Below, piece after piece: positions 19,974 through 28,272 of a stretch of DNA of 64,000 nt. The first letter of the stretch is position 1, and every line of letters starts with the position of its first letter. The notes beneath the pieces are model-generated. The model made no database searches and was not told the origin of the DNA. It saw only the letters and a program-made list of their open reading frames with translations. This stretch comes from Parachlamydiales bacterium. GTDB lineage: Bacteria; Chlamydiota; Chlamydiia; Chlamydiales; SM23-39. The stretch covers positions 4,484 to 68,483 of the forward strand of contig JBNLAH010000003.1 in assembly GCA_050302075.1 (NCBI GenBank), read 5' to 3'. The translations under genes were made by a program, and so were the position numbers.

Positions 19974-21278
19974 CTTTTTTAAAACACAACTAAATCCTCC
20001 GTCATAGCCATTCTCATCCGGCAAAATTTTATTCAGCTTTCCATCTACTTGAAGAGAAAACCTTTGGCAAGCCTCTTCAATAATTTTTTCATTCTCATCT
20101 GCCAAGATACTGCAAGTTAGATACCAAATGCGCCCGTTTTCATCCATTAGATTGACAGCGTTTTTTAAGATTTCTTTTTGTAGACGACAAAGGCCATGTA
20201 AGTGGTCTTTAGTAAGCTTCCATCTAGCCTCTGCCCGCCTATTTAAAACACCGCTATTTGTGCAGGGGGCATCAACTATAACCAAATCAAAGCGTCTTTT
20301 TGGATTCAATTTTTCGGCAGGCTCACAAAAAAGACTTACGTCAAGCTGATATTTTTCTATATTTTCTTTTAGCATTTCTAGCCGAGTAGGCGAAACATCA
20401 TTCGCATAAAGCACTGCGCCTGGATATAAATCAAAGGCTGCAAGTAGCTTCCCACCGGGTGATGAGCAAAGATCAATAATAGATGTTGGGTTTTTTACCT
20501 TTAAAGATAGAAAATCAATGAGCTTAGACTGTGTTAAACTCTGAAAATAGTAGTCAGGATCATTTTTTAAAGTTTCAATTAGCTTCAGATTTTTTAGCCG
20601 ATACAACGAAAACTCTTTTTCATAGATAACATCAGCATCCTCTTTTTTGAGCTTAGTGTTGTTTACTTTATTTCTTTTTTTGACAAATATCTGAGGAGCT
20701 TTATTCATCGCTTTTAAAATATCCTCGGCTTGTTTTACATCAAACTGATGAGATAGCAACTCTACAAAATATCTTGGGTATGAATATCGAATATCAAGCT
20801 CTTTACTTTGCTTAAAAGCCTTAGGATCTAATTTCCTAAGCAGAGCATTAAAAAAAGCACCTGTTTTAAAAGATATCACCTTTTTTGCTAACGCAACGCT
20901 TTCATCAACTATTGCATAAAATGGTATTCTATCCATGAAGCACATTTGATAAAGTGAAATACGTAAAATTATTTTTTCCCTTAGCTTAAGTCTATTGATA
21001 TTCTCAATTTGTTTTGCATAGTAGTCGATTGAGAGCTTCCTTTTGACCACCCCATACGCAATTTCTTGGGCCAATTGATAATCTACATCTTTGGGAAACG
21101 ATGTTTTTTTCCATTCCTTCAAGGACTTGTCAATTTTTTTCCCAGTTTTTTCATAGTCTAAAAGCGCCGAAAAGCTCGCATGACGTGGATTAATAAATGC
21201 TTGCTTGGGCTTCGAGATCGGATATTCTCTGTTTTTGAAATTCATCTTTTTCATCAATTTTTGTAGGGTATCTTCCAT
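19968..21278 (-). CDS. rsmB: 16S rRNA (cytosine-C5) methyltransferase RsmB/Sun family
   Basis: 436 aa. N-terminal NusB-like region. SAM site DLCSSPGGK. Catalytic VDAPCTNSGV and YLTCS. The start is ambiguous (Met at 21278, 21254 or 21245), and all three overlap the 3' end of purF. Confidence 0.8.
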   Translation of the reverse strand: MEDTLQKLMKKMNFKNREYPISKPKQAFINPRHASFSALLDYEKTGKKIDKSLKEWKKTSFPKDVDYQLAQEIAYGVVKRKLSIDYYAKQIENINRLKLREKIILRISLYQMCFMDRIPFYAIVDESVALAKKVISFKTGAFFNALLRKLDPKAFKQSKELDIRYSYPRYFVELLSHQFDVKQAEDILKAMNKAPQIFVKKRNKVNNTKLKKEDADVIYEKEFSLYRLKNLKLIETLKNDPDYYFQSLTQSKLIDFLSLKVKNPTSIIDLCSSPGGKLLAAFDLYPGAVLYANDVSPTRLEMLKENIEKYQLDVSLFCEPAEKLNPKRRFDLVIVDAPCTNSGVLNRRAEARWKLTKDHLHGLCRLQKEILKNAVNLMDENGRIWYLTCSILADENEKIIEEACQRFSLQVDGKLNKILPDENGYDGGFSCVLKKL

Positions 21279-22611
21279 CTAGGCATGCAGTACATATTCC
21301 ATCTAAGTTTATTACTTTTTTTAAGTCAGAAATATCATTATATATTACTTCATCAGCCTCAATCTTTGCAGCAATATTAACATCTATTAAGTTTGCAGCA
21401 ATTAATTGCTTTGGCTCTGGGAAATCTATTCCGTAAAAACAAGGATGGGTAATTGGTGGATATGTAGATGCAAAGAAAATCTTTTTAGCCCCTGCTTTTC
21501 TCACTAAATTTACTACTTTTTTTGAAACTGTTCCTCTTACAATACTATCATCTACCAAAATAACACTTTTATTTTTAAAAACAGATTCTATGACAACCCA
21601 TTTTCGAGCTGCTAAACTCTCTCTCATAAACTGATTGGCAGCAATAAATGTCCTTCCAACGTCTGCTTGTTTAAGCAGTCCCATTTCAACTGGTATATTA
21701 AGTGCATATCCTAAAGCAAGTGCTGCAGGAGTCCCAGTATCAGGGACTGGAACCACGACATCTGCTGTAATTTTTTTCTTTAAAAAATGAGTAGCTAGAC
21801 ATTTACCTAAATTTGCCCTTGCTCGATAAATCTCATTTTTCTCAATTAAAGACACTGGACTTGCAAAATAATTAAATTCAAAGCTGCAAACAGTTTTTGA
21901 GCTATTCATTAATTTCTTTTTAGCTATGTTTTTATCTTTGTCAATGAAAATAAGTTCAGCAGGCCTCAGATCAAAAATCGTATCGCATTCATTTAAAGTA
22001 AGTGGATACGACTCCGATGAGAAACAAAATTTCCCTTTACTATTTTTTATTCCCATCAAAAGAGGCCTAAGGCCTTTTGGATCTCTAAAAGCTATCATTC
22101 CAATATCTTTGATCAATAAAACAATAGAATAAGAGCCTTGAACCTCTAAGAAAATTCTCTTTACAACTTTTGCAATCTCATCAAATGTTATTTTTTTACC
22201 CGATAAGTTATCAAAATAATGCAATAAAACTTCAGCATCACTTTTACTCTTAAATCTATGTCCCCTTAATTCAAACATCTGCTTCAAAGACAAATAGTTA
22301 ACAATATTTCCATTGTAAGCAATTGCAAACTCTTTTCTTTTTAGAGGCTGTACTTCTGACGCTTCCCCGATTCCTGATGTAGCGTATCTAACATGTGCTA
22401 TTCCCCATGTTTGCATGCTATTTGGCTTATAAAATCTTGAGAATACTTGTCTTACCAAACCCAAATCTTTATGAAGTACCTCATTTTTATGCTGCCTATC
22501 AAGAGTATATAATCCAGCCGCATCTTGACCTCTATGCTGCAAAAACCTGAGACTTTTAATTAAAGATTGAGTGACATCACAACTATCTACAATACCAAAA
22601 ATTCCACACAT
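21190..22611 (-). CDS. purF: Amidophosphoribosyltransferase
   Basis: 473 aa. N-terminal MCGIFGI (Ntn glutamine amidotransferase Cys1). PRTase loop VILVDDSIVRGT. C-terminal Cys residues consistent with a 4Fe-4S type. Confidence 0.9.
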   Translation of the reverse strand: MCGIFGIVDSCDVTQSLIKSLRFLQHRGQDAAGLYTLDRQHKNEVLHKDLGLVRQVFSRFYKPNSMQTWGIAHVRYATSGIGEASEVQPLKRKEFAIAYNGNIVNYLSLKQMFELRGHRFKSKSDAEVLLHYFDNLSGKKITFDEIAKVVKRIFLEVQGSYSIVLLIKDIGMIAFRDPKGLRPLLMGIKNSKGKFCFSSESYPLTLNECDTIFDLRPAELIFIDKDKNIAKKKLMNSSKTVCSFEFNYFASPVSLIEKNEIYRARANLGKCLATHFLKKKITADVVVPVPDTGTPAALALGYALNIPVEMGLLKQADVGRTFIAANQFMRESLAARKWVVIESVFKNKSVILVDDSIVRGTVSKKVVNLVRKAGAKKIFFASTYPPITHPCFYGIDFPEPKQLIAANLIDVNIAAKIEADEVIYNDISDLKKVINLDGICTACLDGRYPTKIDEKDEFQKQRISDLEAQASIY

Positions 22612-22620
22612 AAAGCTTAC

Positions 22621-23370
22621 TCACATTTCATATCCACTTGAAGATAAACTATTTCCATCAACATAAATTCTCCCATCAATGAGAACTACCTCTTTAGATT
22701 GTAAAAGATCAATAGCTCTAATAAGAGCTGGATGATCACTTACAAATTTTTGCCTTTCTTGATGTTTTTCAATCGAGTCGTCATTAATCGGATATTTTCC
22801 AAGATAAGTAACCCATGGGCCCGATACAAAGATTGGGCCTGTATCTACTCCTTCATCAATAAAAATAATTGATGATCTAGTTCTTTTCATTTGATCTTGC
22901 AAGGCCAGCTTTATTGCATTTGATCCCACATAAGCTCTTTTTTGGTTTACTGTATATGTTAGATCAGCTGGGTGTACATTGATAATTTTCCCCTGATAAG
23001 CTTTCAAGATTGATCCTTTAATAAGACGCATGTACCCAGCTAAGACTATATAATCTATCTGAAAAGCTTTTAGCTTTTCTAATAGTCTTTTTTCATAAAT
23101 CTCATGATAGTTATTCGGATATTTTTCTTTGATTGATTGATATGAGATGTAGATAAGTGGGATGCCTTCAGCTTGCGCAATCTTTTGGCAATTGCATTTT
23201 CTATCAGTTACAATTACTTTAATATGAATGTTTGGCTTTTCTTTTTGAGCGCAAAGTAGTGCTGTTAAATTTGAGCCGCTTTTAGATCCAAAAACAGCTA
23301 GGTTAAGTATTTTCTTTTTGTTGCCGCCTATTTTGCTAGGATGGGCAGAGTTTAAATGTTTTATTTGCAA
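22621..23370 (-). CDS. purN: Phosphoribosylglycinamide formyltransferase-like (formyl transferase family)
   Basis: 249 aa with a TTG start of uncertain position. N-terminal LAVFGSKSGSNLTALL, VLAGYMRLI, INVHPADL (variant of the HPSLLP motif), and DEGVDTGPI. Located between purD and purF. Confidence 0.65.
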   Translation of the reverse strand: MQIKHLNSAHPSKIGGNKKKILNLAVFGSKSGSNLTALLCAQKEKPNIHIKVIVTDRKCNCQKIAQAEGIPLIYISYQSIKEKYPNNYHEIYEKRLLEKLKAFQIDYIVLAGYMRLIKGSILKAYQGKIINVHPADLTYTVNQKRAYVGSNAIKLALQDQMKRTRSSIIFIDEGVDTGPIFVSGPWVTYLGKYPINDDSIEKHQERQKFVSDHPALIRAIDLLQSKEVVLIDGRIYVDGNSLSSSGYEM

Positions 23371-24616
23371 TATCTTTCCGATAGTGCGCTCCCTTAAACT
23401 TAATTTTTCTTACTTGCTTATAGGCTTTTTGTCTTGCAGCTTCTAAACTGCTATCAAAGGCACACACAGACAATACCCTCCCTCCAGCTGTCATATATGG
23501 ACTTCCATAACTTCTTTTAGTCCCAGCATGAAAAATATATGTACCCTCTATTTGATCATTCAAACCACTTATCTCAAAGCCGGTCTGGTATGTATTTGGA
23601 TATCCTCTAGAGGCCATTACCACACAACAGGCACTTCTATCATCCCAATGAATCTCTTCATCAAATCTGTTATTGATACATTTTTTCATAACTGAATATA
23701 AGTCACTTTTCAAAAGAGGTAGAACAGCTTGTGTTTCGGGATCACCAAACCGGCAGTTGAACTCTAGAACATTAATAGAATCACCTGAAATCATTAATCC
23801 AGCGTATAAAACACCAACATATTCAATATTATTTTTGATTAAGCCTTGCATAGTTCTGTCGAATACTTTTTCTTGGATCATTTGCAATGTATGTCTATCA
23901 AGAAAGGGAACAGGAGCATATGCTCCCATACCACCAGTGTTAGGTCCCTTTGCAGCTTCATAGAGTCTTTTATAGTCTTGAGCCGGGAGCATCATGTAAG
24001 CTTTCTTTCCATCGCAAAAGGCCATCACAGATACTTCCTCACCAACCAACCTTTCTTCGATTACAATTTTATTTCCAGCGCTAGAAAAGTATTTATCTTT
24101 CATAATCAGGTCAATTGCAAGATTTGCCTCGCTAATCGTGTCACAAACCATTACTCCTTTTCCAGCTGTCAACCCATCTGGTTTAATAACAACACCAAGG
24201 CCTTCTTTAAAGATTTTTAAAAGCTGCTTTTTTGCATCTTTTAAACTGCTAGAAACTATAAATTTGGAAGTTGGGATATTTTCATTCTGCATGAAATTTT
24301 TAGACCAGGCTTTGCTCGACTCAATTATTGCAGCTTTTTTTACCGGCCCGAAAAACTTTAAGTTATTTTTTTTAAAAATATCTGCTATTCCATTAGTTAA
24401 AAACTTTTCACTCGCAGCTACTGTCAAATCAACTGAGAATCTAATTGCAACGTTGCAAACTTGTTCAAAGTCATTTTCATCGACATCTTGTATCGTTTCT
24501 GCAATTTCCTGGATCCCACTGTTGCCTGGCAGACAATATACGGCATGGTCTTGCCTATAAAATGTGTGTGCTAAGGCATGTTCTCTAGCTCCGCTTCCTA
24601 ATATTAGTATTTTCAT
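23336..24616 (-). CDS. purD: Phosphoribosylamine-glycine ligase
   Basis: 426 aa. MKILILGSGAREHALA. ATP-grasp core (VIKPDGLTAGKGV, EFNCRFGDPE). C-terminal GGRVL. Confidence 0.9.
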   Translation of the reverse strand: MKILILGSGAREHALAHTFYRQDHAVYCLPGNSGIQEIAETIQDVDENDFEQVCNVAIRFSVDLTVAASEKFLTNGIADIFKKNNLKFFGPVKKAAIIESSKAWSKNFMQNENIPTSKFIVSSSLKDAKKQLLKIFKEGLGVVIKPDGLTAGKGVMVCDTISEANLAIDLIMKDKYFSSAGNKIVIEERLVGEEVSVMAFCDGKKAYMMLPAQDYKRLYEAAKGPNTGGMGAYAPVPFLDRHTLQMIQEKVFDRTMQGLIKNNIEYVGVLYAGLMISGDSINVLEFNCRFGDPETQAVLPLLKSDLYSVMKKCINNRFDEEIHWDDRSACCVVMASRGYPNTYQTGFEISGLNDQIEGTYIFHAGTKRSYGSPYMTAGGRVLSVCAFDSSLEAARQKAYKQVRKIKFKGAHYRKDIANKTFKLCPS

Positions 24617-24617
24617 C

Positions 24618-25835
24618 TTACCTCAGATTTTTCAGTTTTCTAATAGCTGACATTGCAGCACTTTTAGGATCCATTAACTGAGTAAATATGGCAGGCCAAT
24701 TGCAAAAACCCTCTATAGTTTTTAAAGAACTAAAGTTTTCTGAATGAAAAATGTAGACCACAGGTTCAATTGAATAATTATATTTGGAAATTGCGTCTTT
24801 TAGTGCTTGCCCATCAAATTTAATTTTTATAATTTTATGGGGAATCTGGTAATCATTTAAAGTCCTGCTAATAATTTCATCAGATAAATTCTCATCAATA
24901 CATACTAAAGCAAAATATCCACATATTAGCTTAGCATCGACCAACCTTTGTAAAATCCTCTTTCTTGGACTTACTGTCTCTTGTCTTAGTTTTTCTTTTG
25001 TAATTGACTGAAAGACTTTAAGATATTTTTCCCGCGCCATCTCTTTAATATCTTCAGGCAAAGTAAAGCTTTTTTGTCCTACTTTGAAACCACTTTTAAT
25101 CAAATACTGCCTGATAAACTCTTTACTTTGATGTTCGTATTTTTTTTCATCATAATCTTCTTTAAACCAAAATCTAGACGAATCTGGAGTATGAAGTTCA
25201 TCAATCAATACTAACTTATCACTTTCATCTAGCCCAAATTCATATTTAGTATCTACTAAGATCATATTGCACTTGTCTAAAACTTCTTGCCCCCTTTTAA
25301 ATAAAGCTAGTGAAGTTTTCTCGATTTTTTGAAAAATTTCTTCACTGACAATTTTTCTACTAAGGATTTCTGCTTTGGAAATATCTTCATCATGACCATC
25401 CTCAGTTTTAGTTGTCGGGGTAATTATCGGATATTCAAGCTCTTGGTTTTCTCTCAAATCCTTGGGAAGCCTTAGACCGCACTTTTCTTTTTTGCCTTCC
25501 TTGTAGTCTTTCCAAAGTGATCCTGAAACATACTTTCTAACAATTATTTCAATTGGAATTGCTCTACATTTTTTTACTACCATTACATTAGGGTCAGGAG
25601 AAAAAATCAGGTGATTTTCAATAATGTCTTTAGTTCTTTCAAACCAAAAAAGTGAGAGTTGGGTTAAGGTTTTTCCTTTATCTAAAATTGGATCACTTGA
25701 AACTACATCAAACGCAGAAACTCGATCACTTGCAATCAATATCAGCTTGTTTTGAAAAGTGTAGATATCTCTAACTTTTCCCTTTTTTCTATCACCAAGT
25801 TCAGGTATGAACGATGCTATAATTCCTTCACTCAC
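24618..25835 (-). CDS. purC: SAICAR synthetase (long type) with a C-terminal extra domain of about 115 aa (degenerate PurE-like?)
   Basis: 405 aa. N-terminal roughly 285 aa carry GKVRDIY, IASDRVSAFD and LVDTKYEFG. The C-terminal tail has a PurE-like alternation pattern but lacks the SAHR and AGGAAHLPG motifs (see findings). Confidence 0.85.
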   Translation of the reverse strand: MSEGIIASFIPELGDRKKGKVRDIYTFQNKLILIASDRVSAFDVVSSDPILDKGKTLTQLSLFWFERTKDIIENHLIFSPDPNVMVVKKCRAIPIEIIVRKYVSGSLWKDYKEGKKEKCGLRLPKDLRENQELEYPIITPTTKTEDGHDEDISKAEILSRKIVSEEIFQKIEKTSLALFKRGQEVLDKCNMILVDTKYEFGLDESDKLVLIDELHTPDSSRFWFKEDYDEKKYEHQSKEFIRQYLIKSGFKVGQKSFTLPEDIKEMAREKYLKVFQSITKEKLRQETVSPRKRILQRLVDAKLICGYFALVCIDENLSDEIISRTLNDYQIPHKIIKIKFDGQALKDAISKYNYSIEPVVYIFHSENFSSLKTIEGFCNWPAIFTQLMDPKSAAMSAIRKLKNLR

Positions 25836-25898
25836 TATAGTCTCTGTAAAATAATATTTTTAAAATATTAACCAAAACGTTTTTTAAATCCAGTTAAC

Positions 25899-27503
25899 TT
25901 AATGAGAAAAAAGCCTTTGGCCTGTAAAAATCATTCCAATTTGGCATTCATCTGCCTTTTCAATTACTTCAAAATCTTTTTTTGCCCCTCCCGGCTGCAC
26001 TATCCACTTGATATTAGCCCTATTTGCCGATTCGACACTATCGACAAATGGGAAAAAGCCATCACTTGCTAATACACATTCCCTCATATCTTTACACATT
26101 TTAGCGGCTTTTGGAATAGCTAGAAGCTCCATACTATCAATGCGATTAGGTTGCCCTGAGCCTATCCCAATCGTTTGATAACAACTATCGTTAACTTTTC
26201 TTCCTATAACAATTGCATTGGATTTAACATACTTTGTAGCAATTAAGCTGAATGCTACAAGTTCTTTTAGCTCGTTAGGAAAAACGACTTTTGTTACTAA
26301 TCCCTTCCTAAAGCCTTCCCCTCCAGCAAAAAGATCATCAATATCTTGCATACTAATTTCACTTAAAGGTGTTTGTGAAATCACTCCTCCGCTTATTTTT
26401 TTAAATAACGTTGTTTGTTTTTCAAAGTCAGAGACAATCAACCTAAGCATAGGTTTATGCTCTTTCGCCCATTTTACAAAGGAGTTTGAAAAGTCTTTGG
26501 CAATTATTACCTCAATAAATTTATTTTTTACGACTTCACATAGGTCTTCTTTAACACTTTCATTTATTGCAATCACACTACCAAATGCAGATTTGCTATC
26601 AGCCTCCCAAGCAAGCTCAAAGGCTTCTTTCACTGTTTTTGCAGTAGCAAGCCCACATAAAGATCCATGTTTAACGACTGATACGGATATTTGATCTAGC
26701 ATTTCTTTCAAGTCTATAACAGCATTCGATGCAATTGTTGCATCTTCATAATTGTTATATGACAGCTCTTTGCCTGATATCACTTCTGAATGAGCTATTC
26801 CTTTCTCATCTTTTAACTGGAAAAGCCATCCTTTCTGATCTGGATTTTCCCCATAGCGAAGCTTTTTTTGATTGTAAAAGGTAAAATAGGAAACCAGGTC
26901 TTCTCCTTGCTTAGAAGAAAACTCACTTGCTATCATAGTTTCATACTCAGCTGTTAGCTTAAAAGCTTTTGCAGCCAACATGGATCTAGTCTTTAAGGAA
27001 AGACTCCCTTTAAGGGCTTTTACTTCCTCTAACACTTTAAAATAATCAGAGACAGAAGTAAGCACAGCTACATTTTTATAGTTTTTTGCTGCAGCCCTGA
27101 TTAAGGTAGGCCCCCCGATATCAATAAATTCGATTAGTTCTTCTAAAGGTAGATTTAGATTTTTTGCACTTTTAAAATCATATAAATTACATATCACCAT
27201 ATCAAATGGCTTGATGTCTAATTTGCTTGCCTCCTTTAAATCCTTTGCTTTATCAAGCAAAATACCACCCGCAATTTTAGGGTGAAGTGTTTTGACCCTA
27301 CCTGAAAAGCACTCCTCAAATCCAGTGTAATCTGCTACTGAAGTCGGGTTAAGATTATTTTCCTTTAGGTACTTCAGAGTAGATCCAGAAGCTATTACCT
27401 TTAATGTTGGTTGAGCCGACATTAGCCCTTTAATAAATTTAGCAAGATTATTTTTATCTGTAACACTTGTCAAAATGTTGTAGATTGGGAGGTCTTCCAT
27501 CAA
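25899..27503 (-). CDS. purH: Bifunctional AICAR transformylase / IMP cyclohydrolase
   Basis: 534 aa. N-terminal MGS-like domain (LTSVTDKNNL, RVKTLHPKI, IDIGGPTLIRAAAKN). C-terminal AICARFT domain (ELSYNNYEDA, KHGSLCG, IQPGG). Confidence 0.9.
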   Translation of the reverse strand: MMEDLPIYNILTSVTDKNNLAKFIKGLMSAQPTLKVIASGSTLKYLKENNLNPTSVADYTGFEECFSGRVKTLHPKIAGGILLDKAKDLKEASKLDIKPFDMVICNLYDFKSAKNLNLPLEELIEFIDIGGPTLIRAAAKNYKNVAVLTSVSDYFKVLEEVKALKGSLSLKTRSMLAAKAFKLTAEYETMIASEFSSKQGEDLVSYFTFYNQKKLRYGENPDQKGWLFQLKDEKGIAHSEVISGKELSYNNYEDATIASNAVIDLKEMLDQISVSVVKHGSLCGLATAKTVKEAFELAWEADSKSAFGSVIAINESVKEDLCEVVKNKFIEVIIAKDFSNSFVKWAKEHKPMLRLIVSDFEKQTTLFKKISGGVISQTPLSEISMQDIDDLFAGGEGFRKGLVTKVVFPNELKELVAFSLIATKYVKSNAIVIGRKVNDSCYQTIGIGSGQPNRIDSMELLAIPKAAKMCKDMRECVLASDGFFPFVDSVESANRANIKWIVQPGGAKKDFEVIEKADECQIGMIFTGQRLFSH

Positions 27504-28272
27504 ATTTCTCCTTTAGATAATTTAGTGCATTCTTAAAAATTATTAGCCCTGGGCCATTAGCTGGAACTGGAACATTTTTTCGAATGCAATCTTCTTTTAT
27601 TTCAGTCCAGTTTGGGAGGTTCTCAAAAAATAAAGCAGCTTCAGGATGTGGCATAAGACCAAAAACTAGACCGCTGTCATCACAAACTCCTGCAATATCA
27701 AATAAAGAACCATTTGGATTTTCCTCGCTGTATTTTAAGGCTATCTTTTGATTTGCAAACATAGCTTCAATTGTTTTCTCGCTCTTTGCAAAAAAACATC
27801 CCTCACCATGTCTAATAGGAAGATATAGATTGTCTATTCCTTTTAAGAAGATGCATTTGCTGGAGCAAACTTTAAGCTTCACCCATTTGTTAATAAAATA
27901 ATTTGGGATGTTTGCTTTTAAGGTTGTGAGACCTTCTGTTGAGAAAAAACCAAGTTGAGATAGCACTTGAAACCCATTACAGATACCTAAAATGCACTTT
28001 CCTTCATCAACAAATTCTAAAAGTTTTTCTTTTAAGGAAGACTTGTACTTTAGCTTATTTGCAAAAGCTTTTCCAGCTCCAAGCTCATCACCAAATGAGA
28101 ATCCTCCAGGGAAGACAATAATATGAAATTCTTTCAAATCAATTTTCTCATCTATCAGTTCATTTAAATGAGCATACTTATAATCGACGTCTAGCAAGTT
28201 AAATGCATATGCAGTTTCTCTTTCGCAGTTAATGCCAAATCCAAAAATAATCAACGCTTTAATCGATGTCAT
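27454..28272 (-). CDS. purQ: FGAM synthase glutamine amidotransferase subunit
   Basis: 272 aa. Class I GATase: FPGGFSFGDELG, catalytic GICNGFQVL, MPHPE. The 3' end overlaps the purH start by about 50 nt. Confidence 0.85.
   Translation of the reverse strand: MTSIKALIIFGFGINCERETAYAFNLLDVDYKYAHLNELIDEKIDLKEFHIIVFPGGFSFGDELGAGKAFANKLKYKSSLKEKLLEFVDEGKCILGICNGFQVLSQLGFFSTEGLTTLKANIPNYFINKWVKLKVCSSKCIFLKGIDNLYLPIRHGEGCFFAKSEKTIEAMFANQKIALKYSEENPNGSLFDIAGVCDDSGLVFGLMPHPEAALFFENLPNWTEIKEDCIRKNVPVPANGPGLIIFKNALNYLKEKFDGRPPNLQHFDKCYR

Noticed and set aside
21190-21278. 56-89 nt overlap between the purF 3' end and the rsmB 5' end, and a similar overlap of about 50 nt between purQ and purH.
   Set aside because: This is probably just start-codon ambiguity and compact operon organisation. 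I saw no frameshift signature or slippery sequence. I note it as an annotation caveat rather than a finding.
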